Below are positions 49,693 through 61,151 of a DNA stretch of 64,000 nucleotides, in pieces. How positions within the stretch are numbered: the first letter of the stretch is position 1; each line of letters begins with the position of its first letter. Position numbers and translations under genes: made by a program. This DNA comes from Verrucomicrobiia bacterium (GTDB lineage: Bacteria > Verrucomicrobiota > Verrucomicrobiia > Palsa-1439), in NCBI GenBank assembly GCA_041495285.1, contig JBGQCJ010000001.1:4407-68406 (forward strand), read 5' to 3'. The notes under the pieces were generated by a model. The model was not told the DNA's origin, did no database searches, and saw nothing but the letters and a program-made list of their open reading frames with translations.

Positions 49693-50676
49693 TCATATCG
49701 TTCGTTTCAACTCCGGTTTGTCCCAGTACGGGCAGCGCACGCGTCGCGCGCCCGACTCCAGCAATTGTGGTTCGGGGTCAGCCTTGCACTCCGCGCGAAC
49801 GATTTCGCAGCGCGGATGAAACTTGCAGCCGGCCGGCAAGCGCGCGGGATTCGGAACGTTGCCGGGAATCGATTGCAGGCGCTCCCGTCTCGCGCCGAGT
49901 TTCGGAATGGAGCGCATCAGCGCGAGCGTGTACGGATGCAGCGGCTTTTTCAGCAAATCGAGCGCAGGGGATTGCTCGACGATGCGACCGGCGTACATGA
50001 CGGCGACGTTGTCGGCTAGGTCGCCGACGATGCCAAGGTTGTGCGTGATGAGCAGAATCGCCATGCCGAGCTTCGCCTTGAGCTCCTTGAGCAAATCGAG
50101 AATCTGCTTCTGAATCGTCACGTCGAGCGCGGTCGTCGGCTCGTCGGCGACGAGCAATGCCGGTTGGCACGCCAGCGCCATCGCAATCATCACGCGTTGC
50201 TGCATCCCCCCGCTGAATTGGTGCGGATACTCGCGCATCCGACGCTCCGGCTCCGGGATGTGCACGAGTTTCAGCAACCGCACGACTTCCTCGTCGGTCG
50301 CCGACTCTGGCCGGTGCAGTTGGAGTGCTTCCTTGATCTGATAGCCGATGCGGAATACCGGGTTCAACGAGGTGGCCGGCTCCTGAAAAACGTAGGAAAT
50401 CTTCGCGCCGCGAATTTTTCGCAGCCGTTCCCTGTCCATCTTCAACACGTCTTCGCCATCGAGTAGAATCTCACCGGCCTTGTACACGCCCGGGGGCGTC
50501 GCAACGAGTTTCGCCAGCGACAACGCCGTCACGCTCTTGCCGCAACCGCTCTCGCCGACCAACGCCAGCGTCTCGCCGCGCTTGATCGAAAACGACACCC
50601 CATCCACCGCCCGCACTTCACCTTCGTCAGTGAAGAAACTGACTCGCAAGTCCCGGACTTCCAAAAGAGTGCTCAT
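49693..50676 (-). CDS. Oligopeptide ABC ATPase (OppD/DppD-like)
   Basis: GESGCGKS, YPHQFSGGMQQR, HPYT, GCKFHPRC. Confidence 0.95.
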   Translation of the reverse strand: MSTLLEVRDLRVSFFTDEGEVRAVDGVSFSIKRGETLALVGESGCGKSVTALSLAKLVATPPGVYKAGEILLDGEDVLKMDRERLRKIRGAKISYVFQEPATSLNPVFRIGYQIKEALQLHRPESATDEEVVRLLKLVHIPEPERRMREYPHQFSGGMQQRVMIAMALACQPALLVADEPTTALDVTIQKQILDLLKELKAKLGMAILLITHNLGIVGDLADNVAVMYAGRIVEQSPALDLLKKPLHPYTLALMRSIPKLGARRERLQSIPGNVPNPARLPAGCKFHPRCEIVRAECKADPEPQLLESGARRVRCPYWDKPELKRTI

Positions 50677-51671
50677 GCAGTCTTAGCCTCTGCGGTTCGG
50701 AGTTTGGGGTCAAGCGCATCTCGCAACGCATCACCGAAGAGGTTGAGGGCCAGGACGAGAAAGAACATCGCGGCGGTGGCGCCGGCCAGTTCCCACCAGT
50801 TGCCGAGCCAGAGACGTTGTTTGGCGTCGTTGATGATTGCGCCCCAACTCGGTTCGTTGGCGACGCCGACGCCGAGGTAGCTGAGAACGGCTTCGGTGAG
50901 GATCAGTCCCGGGAAGCGCAGCGAGAAATTGATGATGATGAGATGCGAGACGTTCGGAAGAATGTGGCGAAACATGATGGCAGCGTTGCTGACGCCGAGG
51001 GCGCGCGCGGCGAGGACATACTGGCGTTCGCGGTGTTTCAGGTATTCGGCGCGAATCAGGCGGCAAAGGCTCACCCAGCCGGTAAAGCCCATGCCGAAGC
51101 AGACGGCAAGCAGTCCGCTGTCGATATATTGAGTGACAGTCTGGAAAACGGGCGAGCGATCAATCGCGCCGCGCACAACATAGGCAATGGCTAGGATGAG
51201 CAAGATGGGGGGAACGGAGTCCACGATGGAATAGAGGTACACGACGACGGTGTCCACCTTGCGCCCAAAATACCCAGCCGCCGCGCCCAGCACGAACCCA
51301 AGCGGAATGACGATGACGGAGGTGAGCAGCCCGATTTCGAAGGCGATGCGCGTGCCTTGGATCACTTGACCCAAGTTGTCACGACCGGCGTAGTTGGTGC
51401 CGAGCGGGTGAGCTGCGCTCGGCGGTTGATTGCGGATGTCGTAATTGGAGACTTTGTAAGCCGGCGTGACGCCGCGCAACCGCGCGCCCCAAAAAACCGT
51501 CTCGGCGTACAACCAAATCGCGGTGTAGACGCCCAGGATCACGAGGCAAATCATGGCGAGCCGGTTGCGGCGCAATTGACGCCAGGCGATTCGCCAGAGA
51601 CCGGTCGGCTGAGCCGGAGTCGCTGTTTGTGGCGGGACGGCCGGCGTCATCGTTGTTGTCGCGACGGTCAT
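50673..51671 (-). CDS. Oligopeptide ABC permease (OppC-like)
   Basis: HPLGT, AARALG, RHILPN, EAVLSYLG, GDALRDALDP. Confidence 0.93.
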   Translation of the reverse strand: MTVATTTMTPAVPPQTATPAQPTGLWRIAWRQLRRNRLAMICLVILGVYTAIWLYAETVFWGARLRGVTPAYKVSNYDIRNQPPSAAHPLGTNYAGRDNLGQVIQGTRIAFEIGLLTSVIVIPLGFVLGAAAGYFGRKVDTVVVYLYSIVDSVPPILLILAIAYVVRGAIDRSPVFQTVTQYIDSGLLAVCFGMGFTGWVSLCRLIRAEYLKHRERQYVLAARALGVSNAAIMFRHILPNVSHLIIINFSLRFPGLILTEAVLSYLGVGVANEPSWGAIINDAKQRLWLGNWWELAGATAAMFFLVLALNLFGDALRDALDPKLRTAEAKTA

Positions 51672-52624
51672 CGCAACCGGATCCTCGGATCGGCCCAAGT
51701 GTAGGCGACGTCGGTAATGACATTGGCAATAACGAACAAGATGGAGCCGATGAAGACATCGGCGAAGATGACGTCCTCGTCGCCGTTGAACAGCGCGGTG
51801 ACGGTCATTCGGCCGAGGCCGGGAATGCCGAAAAAGTTTTCCAGCAGCAGCGCGCCGGTGTAGAGGAATGGGATGGCGATGATGACATTGGTGAGGATGG
51901 GGATCATCGCATTGCGCAAGACGTGGCGAAATAGGATGGTTTGCTGCGGGACGCCTTTGGCGCGCGCGGTACGGACGTACTCCTGAAACATCTCGTCGAG
52001 CATAACCGTGCGGTAGAAGCGGACGCTGCCACCGACACCGGCGACGACGCCGATCAGCACCGGCAAGACAAGGTAATAGGGACCTTCGAAGCCCCACACC
52101 GGAAACAGTCGCCACTCGCTCGCCAGCCAATATTGGGCAACCATGATGTAGACGAGCGTGCTGATGCTCATGCCCATCACGGAGACGACCACGAGGCCAC
52201 GATCCAGCCACGTGTCGCGAAAGTAAGCGGCCAGCAGCGCGAACGTAATTGCGAGGACTAGTTCGATCACGAACAGCGGCACCGTCACGCAGAGCGAGGG
52301 AACAAAACCCTGTCGCAACATCGTGCTGACACGTTGTTTCGTGCTCAGCGATTCGCCGAAATCCAGCCGCGCGAGTTGCGCGCACAATCGCGGGAACTGC
52401 GCGTCGAGGAGCGAGCGCGGGAAATCCTGAAAGTTCAGAAACAACGGCTTGTCGTAACCGCGTTCGTGACTGATCTGGGCGATGCGGGCGGCCGTGGCGT
52501 TCTTGCCGGCAATGCGATAGGCCGGGTTGCCGCCAAGGACGCGAAACAAAAAGAATGTGATCAGGAGCACGCCGAGCGTGATTGGCACAACCGAAAGCAG
52601 GCGGCGGATGATATAGGCGCCCAT
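51668..52624 (-). CDS. Oligopeptide ABC permease (OppB-like)
   Basis: YIIRRLL, LDFGES, YVRTARAKG, HVLRNAMIP, DPRIR. Confidence 0.94.
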   Translation of the reverse strand: MGAYIIRRLLSVVPITLGVLLITFFLFRVLGGNPAYRIAGKNATAARIAQISHERGYDKPLFLNFQDFPRSLLDAQFPRLCAQLARLDFGESLSTKQRVSTMLRQGFVPSLCVTVPLFVIELVLAITFALLAAYFRDTWLDRGLVVVSVMGMSISTLVYIMVAQYWLASEWRLFPVWGFEGPYYLVLPVLIGVVAGVGGSVRFYRTVMLDEMFQEYVRTARAKGVPQQTILFRHVLRNAMIPILTNVIIAIPFLYTGALLLENFFGIPGLGRMTVTALFNGDEDVIFADVFIGSILFVIANVITDVAYTWADPRIRLR

Positions 52625-52632
52625 GATTCGTT

Positions 52633-54360
52633 CTAGTGTGGCAGCACTTTGAAATATTTCCAGTTCGCGTACGGGAAAGCGTGTGGCTTGTAATCCTGAA
52701 ACCACGGCTGGAACAAACCGTACGCCAGCGGATAACCGATCAACGCCCAAACGCAATCGTTGTTCGCCATCCCGGCCATCTGCTCATACAACGCGGTGCG
52801 CTCCGGCGATTCACTCATCGACAGGATGCGCTCGTAACGCCGGTCAAATTCGGGGTTTTGGTAGTTGGTCGCGTTGACGCCGGGACATTTGTTCGGTCCG
52901 TAGAAGAGTTGCAGGAAATTCTGCGCGTCCGGGTAATCAATCACCCAGCCGGCCCAGAAGATTTGCGTCTCGCCGTCGTGCTCACGCCGCAAATACTCAG
53001 CGAACGTGAGCTGTTGCACGACCAGTTCGATGCCGATCGCGTGCAGTTGCTCGCTGTAGAAATCGGCCTGCTGTCGCGCATCCGTACTGCCCGCGCCCGG
53101 CATGATCATCGTCAGCCGCAACGGGCGACCCTTCGCATCGCGTCCGTCCGGATAACCAGCTTCGGCCAGTAGTTTTCTGGCGCGCGTCAGATCGTATTTA
53201 TATGGATACGGCTTCTCGGTATGCCCGAGCACGCCCGGCGGGATCGGCGTGTTGGCGGGGAGATACCGGCCGTTCGTGATGACCGCAATGTATTTATCGA
53301 CGTCGATGGCGGTCGCAAAAGCCTGACGCAGTTTGCGGTGCCGCTCGTTCACCGCTGGATCGGCCGTCTGGCCCACGACCGGATCGAGCATGTTGAAGCC
53401 AATGTAATAAGTCGCCAACTCCGGCCGCTTGTACAGGCGGATCCCCTTCTTCTTCAACGCGTCAGACAAACCGAGCTGTGGTGTGATCACTTTCTCGAAG
53501 TAGTCTTTGTTGATACCGGAACTGAATGTTTGTCCGGCAAGAAACATTTGCCACGCTGTGTAATATTCGTTCACGTCGTACTCCACGATGCGATCCAACA
53601 GCGGCAGCGGCTTGCCGTCGTCTTCCAGCAGACCGGCCTCCTTGTCCTCAGGCTCACCTGTGTCGGGATAACGCTGGCCGGAGAACGTCGGGTTGCGTTC
53701 GTATTCGATCCGGTAGCTGCGCCGCCAGCGCTTCAGCCGAAACGGTCCGGTGCCGACCGGATGATTGCGGAATTCGCCACCGTAATGCTCCACTGCCTCA
53801 CGCGGCACGACAAACGCGTACGGCATCGTCAGGACCCACAGCAGTTGCGGATACGGCTGCGTCAATCGCACCTGCAACGTATGCGCATCCAGCACGACTG
53901 CCTCCTTCAGGTGACCATCAAAAATCCACGTGCCTTGAGATTGGAGTTTGGGATCAAGCAAACGCTTCCAAGAATAGACAAAGTCCTCTGCCACGAGTTC
54001 ACGCCCCTTGCCGCCGGAGAAACAAGGATCATCCTGAAACCGGACGCCCTGCTTGATCTTGAACGTGTACGTCAATCCGTCCGCCGAAACTTCCGGCATC
54101 ACTTTTGCCAACCGTGGGATGGCCCGGTAGGGCCGGTCGAGGTAGGCGTACTCCAAAAGGCCTTCATACACGCGGCTGACTTGATCGGCAGATTCCACGT
54201 CGCCGCAATCCACCGGGTCGAACCCCTTGAAATCGCCGCCGATTCCATGGAGCACCAACTCCGAACGCTCCGTCGCCCGGCAAATGCCGAAGGCAAAAAG
54301 TGACAGCGCCGCCAAAGTGATTGCAGCCGTGAGTTTGGCCAGCACTCGGCGTGGGAGCAT
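52633..54360 (-). CDS. Family 5 ABC substrate-binding protein (OppA-like)
   Basis: FDP, YEGLL, DGLTYTF, PVGTGPF, W..DYPD. Confidence 0.92.
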   Translation of the reverse strand: MLPRRVLAKLTAAITLAALSLFAFGICRATERSELVLHGIGGDFKGFDPVDCGDVESADQVSRVYEGLLEYAYLDRPYRAIPRLAKVMPEVSADGLTYTFKIKQGVRFQDDPCFSGGKGRELVAEDFVYSWKRLLDPKLQSQGTWIFDGHLKEAVVLDAHTLQVRLTQPYPQLLWVLTMPYAFVVPREAVEHYGGEFRNHPVGTGPFRLKRWRRSYRIEYERNPTFSGQRYPDTGEPEDKEAGLLEDDGKPLPLLDRIVEYDVNEYYTAWQMFLAGQTFSSGINKDYFEKVITPQLGLSDALKKKGIRLYKRPELATYYIGFNMLDPVVGQTADPAVNERHRKLRQAFATAIDVDKYIAVITNGRYLPANTPIPPGVLGHTEKPYPYKYDLTRARKLLAEAGYPDGRDAKGRPLRLTMIMPGAGSTDARQQADFYSEQLHAIGIELVVQQLTFAEYLRREHDGETQIFWAGWVIDYPDAQNFLQLFYGPNKCPGVNATNYQNPEFDRRYERILSMSESPERTALYEQMAGMANNDCVWALIGYPLAYGLFQPWFQDYKPHAFPYANWKYFKVLPH

Positions 54361-54377
54361 CGTGCGCCAGCAGCTGG

Positions 54378-54797
54378 TTACGGAGTTTTCCCCGCTGGGG
54401 CTGGAGACGGCGCAGGAGGCGGAGTGGTCGCGGGAGTTTGGGACGCAGAGGCGGGTGTTGCGGGCGTCTCTGGCGTGGGCAACGTGGGTGGCTGCGATGC
54501 GGACGACGGCATCGATACCGGCTGCTCGATCACCTTCTGCATCAACGAGCCGCTGCCGCCGCGATGTGAGTGTAGCACGGCCAGAATCAATGTCGTTCCC
54601 AACATGATGCAGGCGCACCAGATCGTCATCCGCACCAGCGCCGTTGTGGTGCCGCCGCCGAAGACGGTTTCCGTCATGCCGCCGCCGAACGCTGCGCCGA
54701 CGCCTTGCTCGCTGGATTTCTGCATCAGCACGAGTACGATCAAAAACAGCGCCACCAACACGTGGACCGCCGTCAGTAAACCAATCCAAATATTCAT
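54378..54797 (-). CDS. secG: Preprotein translocase subunit SecG
   Basis: LVLMQ..GVGAAFGGG, two TM helices, downstream of tpiA. Confidence 0.93.
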   Translation of the reverse strand: MNIWIGLLTAVHVLVALFLIVLVLMQKSSEQGVGAAFGGGMTETVFGGGTTTALVRMTIWCACIMLGTTLILAVLHSHRGGSGSLMQKVIEQPVSMPSSASQPPTLPTPETPATPASASQTPATTPPPAPSPAPAGKTP

Positions 54798-54817
54798 GTC
54801 TTACGTTTCCTTCTTCC

Positions 54818-55582
54818 TCACGCACTTTTCACAATGTTCGCGAACCCGGCCGCATCGAGGCTCGCACCGCCGACCAGCGCGCCGTCAATGTCCGGCTGCG
54901 ACAGCAACTCGCCCGCATTTGCCGGCTTGACGCTGCCACCGTATTGGATGCGCACCTTCGCCGCCACCGTCACGTCGAACATCCCGGTCAGCAACTCGCG
55001 GATGAACGCGTGCACTTCTTGCGCCTGTGCCGGCGTCGCATTCTTACCGGTGCCGATGGCCCACACGGGCTCGTACGCGATTACCGTTTCGAGAATATCA
55101 GTTTTCGTGAATCCTGCAAGGCTGCCGGTCACATGATCGCGCACCACATCCTGCGTCTTGCCGGCCTCGCGGTGCTGCAGCGTCTCCCCCACGCAAACAA
55201 TCGGACGGATACCGTTGGCCAGCGCGGCCTTCGCACGTTTGTTCACGCCCTCATTCGTCTCGCCGAAGAACTGCCGGCGTTCGCTGTGGCCGACGACGGC
55301 GTACCGGACGGAAAGTTCTTTGAGCATCGGCGCGGCGATCTCACCCGTGAACGCGCCTTCCTTCTCCCAGTGAACGTTTTGCGCGCCGAGTTGGATGTTT
55401 GAGCTTTGAATAATCGTGCTCACCGCATACAATGCCGTGAACGGCGGGCAGACGACGATCTCGACATCCTTCACCGTCTCCACTTCGCGCTTGAGCGCGT
55501 TGACGAGCGCCAACGCTTCGGCGGCTGTCTTGTACATCTTCCAGTTGCCGGCAATGATCGGTTTGCGTTGTGAGTTCCTCAT
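54818..55582 (-). CDS. tpiA: Triosephosphate isomerase
   Basis: [30 protein letters not shown]. Confidence 0.98.
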   Translation of the reverse strand: MRNSQRKPIIAGNWKMYKTAAEALALVNALKREVETVKDVEIVVCPPFTALYAVSTIIQSSNIQLGAQNVHWEKEGAFTGEIAAPMLKELSVRYAVVGHSERRQFFGETNEGVNKRAKAALANGIRPIVCVGETLQHREAGKTQDVVRDHVTGSLAGFTKTDILETVIAYEPVWAIGTGKNATPAQAQEVHAFIRELLTGMFDVTVAAKVRIQYGGSVKPANAGELLSQPDIDGALVGGASLDAAGFANIVKSA

Positions 55583-55586
55583 GGTT

Positions 55587-56786
<1,200 letters not shown>

Positions 56787-56892
56787 GTCCTAAAAGTTTA
56801 CCCCGAAGCCATTCGGGGCCTCCAGAACTCAACGGGGCGCAAGGAGAGTAGCGGATCGAGCCGTTGAGTCAAACTGAAAAGGTGCGGCGCTG

Positions 56893-56921
56893 TTGCGACC
56901 ACATGCCTTTTTCGCTACACT
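56893..56921 (+). promoter_or_regulatory. Putative sigma70 promoter
   Basis: TTGCGA-N17-TACACT. Confidence 0.55.
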
Positions 56922-56993
56922 TTGCCGCATGATGGGGAATGTTTTCCTCCAAAGTATCCAGCAGGCGCGAGAAAAACATTCGCGTGTGGACAT

Positions 56994-58706
56994 TTGAAAA
57001 CGTCTGGAGAATTGCCGGGGCGTGAGAGCGTTTGGAGTCTCGGGTGTGGTGTCGCCTTGGTCGCCGTGTTGGCGCTGTTTGTCGCCTTGATCGCGACGTA
57101 TTACGTGCCGTCCTACGGGAGCGGGACCGCCAATGGCTACCTCGTCACGGCGAAGCGACTGGCCACAACGGGCAGCCCGGTGAGACACACGAGCAGTCCT
57201 TACGAATTTGTCAACGGTCATTGGGTGGATGTCCGTCCCAATGATTTCTGCGCGAAGTTTGCCATCGGCTACACGGCGTTGTGTGCCGTGGCCTATAAAC
57301 TGGGCGGACCGTCGGCGGTTTACCTGGTCAGTCCCATTCTGGCGGCGCTGGCCGTGGTCGGAATCTTCCTTTTGGGACGCGAGATGTTCAACGATTTTTC
57401 CGGCGCGCTGGCGGCGGTGTTGCTCGCGACGAATCCGGTGCATGGCTATCATGCGTTGGATGCGACCAGTCATGCCGGCTCGGTTTGTTTTGCGGTATGG
57501 AGCATGTTCTTCGTCTGGCGCTGGTCGCAACGAGGCGGCCGGCTCAATGCAGTTTGCGGCGGGGCTTTGGCCGGTTATGCCCTGGCCGTGCGGCACACTG
57601 AAGGATTGTTGGCGCTGCCGATCCTGGGGATGATTGCCTGGCGGTGGGTGGCGCAGGTCCGTGATGCGCCCGCTGAACAGCGCCGTCACGCATCCACTCG
57701 GGTGGCGTCTGACGGAGCACTCATCGCGGCCGCGGCGATCGCGGGAGCTGTTCCCCTGTTTCTGCACCAATGGATCGCGTTCGGATCGCCTCTGACAACC
57801 GGCTACGAATTGTGCGGCGAGTCCACGGCCTTCGCCTGGCACTGGTTCCGGGAGCACTGGTGGCTCGCTCTCCGAAAACTGACCACGGCGGGGCTGCTGT
57901 GGGTTTTTCCTCTGGGCCTGGTGGGGTTGGGGTGGTTGGCGGCGCGCGATGCGAAACGGGCGCTGTTTCTTGGATTGTGGGCGGTGCCGGGCATTCTTCT
58001 GTACACGGCCTACTACTGGCTCCCGAAACAGGACAACCTGGCCTACATCCGTTTCTTTCTGAGTTTCTTCCCGCCGTTGATCCTGGCCGCCGTGGTGTTG
58101 CTCGGCGCGCCGGGGCGCCGAAAATCTTGGTGGAGCGCGGTGCAGGGATTGCTCGTGTTGCTGCTCGCCGGCATGAATCTGTCCGCGAGCACGCGCCGAC
58201 TGGATCAACGGATGAGCGAGTTGCAATTCACCAAGACTACCGGCGAGGCGGTGTCGGCCCACTTGCCGGCGGGCGCGGGCTTGATGGCCACCCCCCGGGT
58301 CTTGAGCTATTTGGAATTCGTCGTCGACAACCAACTCTTTAGCATCCGGATTTTCGAGCGCGACTTCATCCAGGGAATCGCGAACGCGGCAAAAAGGGGT
58401 GGGCCTTCCATTCTGATTCGCCAGCGTCTGGAACAACAGGTGCGCTTGTTGGGGGACAAGACCGATCAGCAACTCGCCGAACTGCAAGGCGAATTGATCA
58501 CTGAAACGCTGGCCAGAGGCGGCCGGTTCATGTTGGCCGCAACGGATGATGAGGCGCGCCACGTCCGCAATCGCCTCGCGAAAAAACTCCGATTGCAGAT
58601 GGTGTCCACCTGGGTCGAGACGCAGGCTGGCCCCGGCGACAAGGTGCGCTGCACGCCATGGGCGTTATACGAATTCAAGCTCGCGGCGAATCCGGAATCG
58701 AAATAG
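56994..58706 (+). CDS. GT-C (ArnT/PMT-like) membrane glycosyltransferase; start uncertain
   Basis: NGY, AKFAIG, VSPILA, FGSPLTTGY, RFFL motifs; multiple TM helices. Confidence 0.75.
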   Translation: MKTSGELPGRESVWSLGCGVALVAVLALFVALIATYYVPSYGSGTANGYLVTAKRLATTGSPVRHTSSPYEFVNGHWVDVRPNDFCAKFAIGYTALCAVAYKLGGPSAVYLVSPILAALAVVGIFLLGREMFNDFSGALAAVLLATNPVHGYHALDATSHAGSVCFAVWSMFFVWRWSQRGGRLNAVCGGALAGYALAVRHTEGLLALPILGMIAWRWVAQVRDAPAEQRRHASTRVASDGALIAAAAIAGAVPLFLHQWIAFGSPLTTGYELCGESTAFAWHWFREHWWLALRKLTTAGLLWVFPLGLVGLGWLAARDAKRALFLGLWAVPGILLYTAYYWLPKQDNLAYIRFFLSFFPPLILAAVVLLGAPGRRKSWWSAVQGLLVLLLAGMNLSASTRRLDQRMSELQFTKTTGEAVSAHLPAGAGLMATPRVLSYLEFVVDNQLFSIRIFERDFIQGIANAAKRGGPSILIRQRLEQQVRLLGDKTDQQLAELQGELITETLARGGRFMLAATDDEARHVRNRLAKKLRLQMVSTWVETQAGPGDKVRCTPWALYEFKLAANPESK

Positions 58707-58745
58707 CCTTGTTTGCGAACGAAACCGGTATATTTTGCGTCCGGG

Positions 58746-60158
58746 ATGACTACACAAGCTGACATTGGACTGGTCGGACTCGGCGTGATGGGCGAGAACC
58801 TCGTGCTCAACATCGAGCGCAACGGGTTTCCCATCGCGGTCTTCAACCGCACCGCCGAACGCACCAAAGCGTTCATCGAGCAGAAGGCCAAACGCAAGAA
58901 GGTTTTCCCCGCGTACTCGATCAAAGACTTCGTCGAATCCATCAAACCGCCGCGGCGCATTGTTCTCCTCGTCAAAGCTGGACCGCCCGTGGATGCGGTG
59001 ATTCAGGAGTTGCGACCGTTTCTCTCGACGGGCGACATCATCGTGGACGGCGGCAATTCATGGTTCGAAGACACCGAGCGCCGGCAGGCGGATTTGGCGA
59101 AGAACGGGATTCGACTCATTGGCTCCGGCGTGAGCGGTGGCGAGGAAGGCGCGTTGTGGGGGCCGAGCTTGATGCCGGGCGGGGACGAGGAAGCGTACCG
59201 GGCCATCGAACCGGTCTGGACGAAGATCGCCGCGCAAGTGGATGACGGCCCGTGTTGCACCTACATCGGCAAGAGCGGCTCCGGTCATTTCGTGAAGATG
59301 GTGCACAACGGCATTGAGTACGGCGACATGCAGCTCATCGCCGAAGCGTACGATTTGTTGAGAACCGCACTCGGGCTCAACGCGAAACAACTCGTCCGCA
59401 TCTTCAAACAGTGGAACAAAGGATTGCTGCAAAGCTTCCTCATCGAGATCACGGCGAAAGTGCTCCAGAAGAAGGACGACAAGACCGGCCAGCCGCTGGT
59501 GGACGTGATTCTCGACGCGGCGCGACAGAAGGGGACCGGCAAATGGACGTTGAAGGTTGCCGCCGACCTCGACGTCGCCACACCGACGATCAACGCGGCG
59601 GTGGAAGCGCGCTGGCTGTCGAGTTACCGGGACGAGCGTGTGGCCGCCTCGAAAGTGTTGCCGGGACCGACGACAGCCGCGAAGCGCATCGCGAAAAAGA
59701 AATTCGTCGCTGCGGTCGCCGAGGCGCTGTACGCCTCGAAGATTTGCAGTTACGCGCAGGGTTTCGTCCTGATGCAGAAAGCCTCGAAGCAGTTTGGATG
59801 GGGTCTGCGTCTCGGCGAGATCGCCCGGATTTGGAAAGGCGGTTGCATTATCCGGGCGCAGTTCCTCGACAAGATCAAAGCCGCATACGCGCGCCATCCC
59901 GAGTTGCCGAATCTGCTGGTTGATCCCGATTTCGCCGCGTGGCTTGCGCAGTCGCAGGAAAACTGGCGGCTCGTCGTCTCGACGGCGAGCCGGGTCGGCG
60001 TACCGGTGTTGGCGATGGGTGCGTCGCTCTCGTACTACGACTCCTACCGGCGCGAACGCCTGCCACAAAACCTCACCCAAGCCCAGCGCGACTTCTTCGG
60101 TGCCCACACCTACGAGCGCGTGGACGAGCCCGGCACGTTCCACACCGAGTGGGAATAG
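58746..60158 (+). CDS. gnd: 6-phosphogluconate dehydrogenase (decarboxylating)
   Basis: GLGVMG, GVSGGEEGA, KMVHNGIEYGDMQ, QAQRDFFGAHTY. Confidence 0.98.
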   Translation: MTTQADIGLVGLGVMGENLVLNIERNGFPIAVFNRTAERTKAFIEQKAKRKKVFPAYSIKDFVESIKPPRRIVLLVKAGPPVDAVIQELRPFLSTGDIIVDGGNSWFEDTERRQADLAKNGIRLIGSGVSGGEEGALWGPSLMPGGDEEAYRAIEPVWTKIAAQVDDGPCCTYIGKSGSGHFVKMVHNGIEYGDMQLIAEAYDLLRTALGLNAKQLVRIFKQWNKGLLQSFLIEITAKVLQKKDDKTGQPLVDVILDAARQKGTGKWTLKVAADLDVATPTINAAVEARWLSSYRDERVAASKVLPGPTTAAKRIAKKKFVAAVAEALYASKICSYAQGFVLMQKASKQFGWGLRLGEIARIWKGGCIIRAQFLDKIKAAYARHPELPNLLVDPDFAAWLAQSQENWRLVVSTASRVGVPVLAMGASLSYYDSYRRERLPQNLTQAQRDFFGAHTYERVDEPGTFHTEWE

Positions 60159-60266
60159 GTGTCCGAACAACCGGATTGTGAGACTGGATTCTTTCCGAAG
60201 CTGGGTAACACTCCCAAATGGAAGCGCCGCACGCGGTTTGTTACTTTAGCGGGCCTTCTGGCAAAT

Positions 60267-60343
60267 GCGCCCGTAGCTCAATTGGCTAGAGCAGCTGACT
60301 CTTAATCAGCGGGTTCTCGGTTCAAGTCCGACCGGGCGTACCA
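60267..60343 (+). tRNA. tRNA-Lys(CTT)
   Basis: Cloverleaf with GCGCCCG/CGGGCGT acceptor stem, GCTGA-CTCTTAA-TCAGC anticodon arm, TTCAAGT loop, encoded CCA; one C:C mismatch in the T stem. Confidence 0.95.
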
Positions 60344-60356
60344 ATTAAACACGATC

Positions 60357-60404
60357 ATGCCTGCTTGGGTTTACGTTCTCCAATCCCAAACCGGGTGATT
60401 CTAC
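60357..60404 (+). pseudogene. GIY-YIG nuclease N-terminal remnant
   Basis: MPAWVYVLQSQTG*FY matches the VYIL..S..G.FY start of small GIY-YIG nucleases; internal TGA, then similarity is lost. Confidence 0.55.
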
Positions 60405-60446
60405 TATCCACTCTGCCTTCATCTGTCTAACGATCCAGCACGACCG

Positions 60447-61139
60447 CTAAGGGGCAAGTCCGTCCAGAGGATTCGGTATAAATTGATGTATGAATGGAGA
60501 CCACTTACGCCAACTGAAGTTGCGAGAGCTTGGATGCATCATGAAGACGAGACAGAATGAGTACTTGTCGGATTTAACATCCAGCTTCGTCCCATAAGCG
60601 CCACTTATCTTGTCGCTCCGCAACACCCCATTGATTTCCGCCTTTCTGCTGCTCGCAACCTCCTTGAATGAGTTGAGTTTCTCCCAATCAGTTCCAGCAA
60701 ATAAACAGTGCGTTGGGTTCAAAATGCCAGCCAAGTCAAAGAAAACCTTCCAACCCTCCACATAGTCGTTCCACACCGGTCGCTCTTTGTTACTAGACAT
60801 GAATCTCAAGACCAGATTGTGGTAGCAAACAGTCCTCCACAGAGTCTTCTTGTCCTCGTCAGCGTGGGGATTGTCGCCTAGGATGACCCTTTCCAGATTT
60901 CGATGCATCTTGCTTTTGGGAGAAAGGCTGAGCCCGAACCATTCACCGATACATTTTCGGGTAAAATCTGGAATTCTTTCGTTCTTCGAATCGTAACAGC
61001 TTTCACCAAGAATGATGAGCTTGACGCCTGAAGCTTCATACTTGTCACCAACCCACGGCAACCACGGTAATGGACGGATGTTTACAAGCTCGGAATCGAA
61101 ACGCGGGTCGCAGTAATCTATGCTCATTTTACCACTCAA
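60447..61139 (-). CDS. Hypothetical protein, UDG-superfamily-like
   Basis: PWVGDKY, IILGESCY, YHN, C-terminal HPSS; visibly AT-richer than the flanks. Confidence 0.7.
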   Translation of the reverse strand: MSGKMSIDYCDPRFDSELVNIRPLPWLPWVGDKYEASGVKLIILGESCYDSKNERIPDFTRKCIGEWFGLSLSPKSKMHRNLERVILGDNPHADEDKKTLWRTVCYHNLVLRFMSSNKERPVWNDYVEGWKVFFDLAGILNPTHCLFAGTDWEKLNSFKEVASSRKAEINGVLRSDKISGAYGTKLDVKSDKYSFCLVFMMHPSSRNFSWRKWSPFIHQFIPNPLDGLAP

Positions 61140-61151
61140 ACTGCAAGCGAA

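Noticed and set aside
56829-58562. 577-aa minus-strand ORF and similar long antisense ORFs (e.g. 33235-34425, 45429-46625, 26184-27398)
   Set aside because: Shadows of well-supported genes on the opposite strand in GC-rich DNA; no recognisable motifs
60396-60398. TGA as selenocysteine or recoded stop
   Set aside because: Similarity ends two codons later; a CGA->TGA nonsense change is simpler, and other genes use TGA as stop
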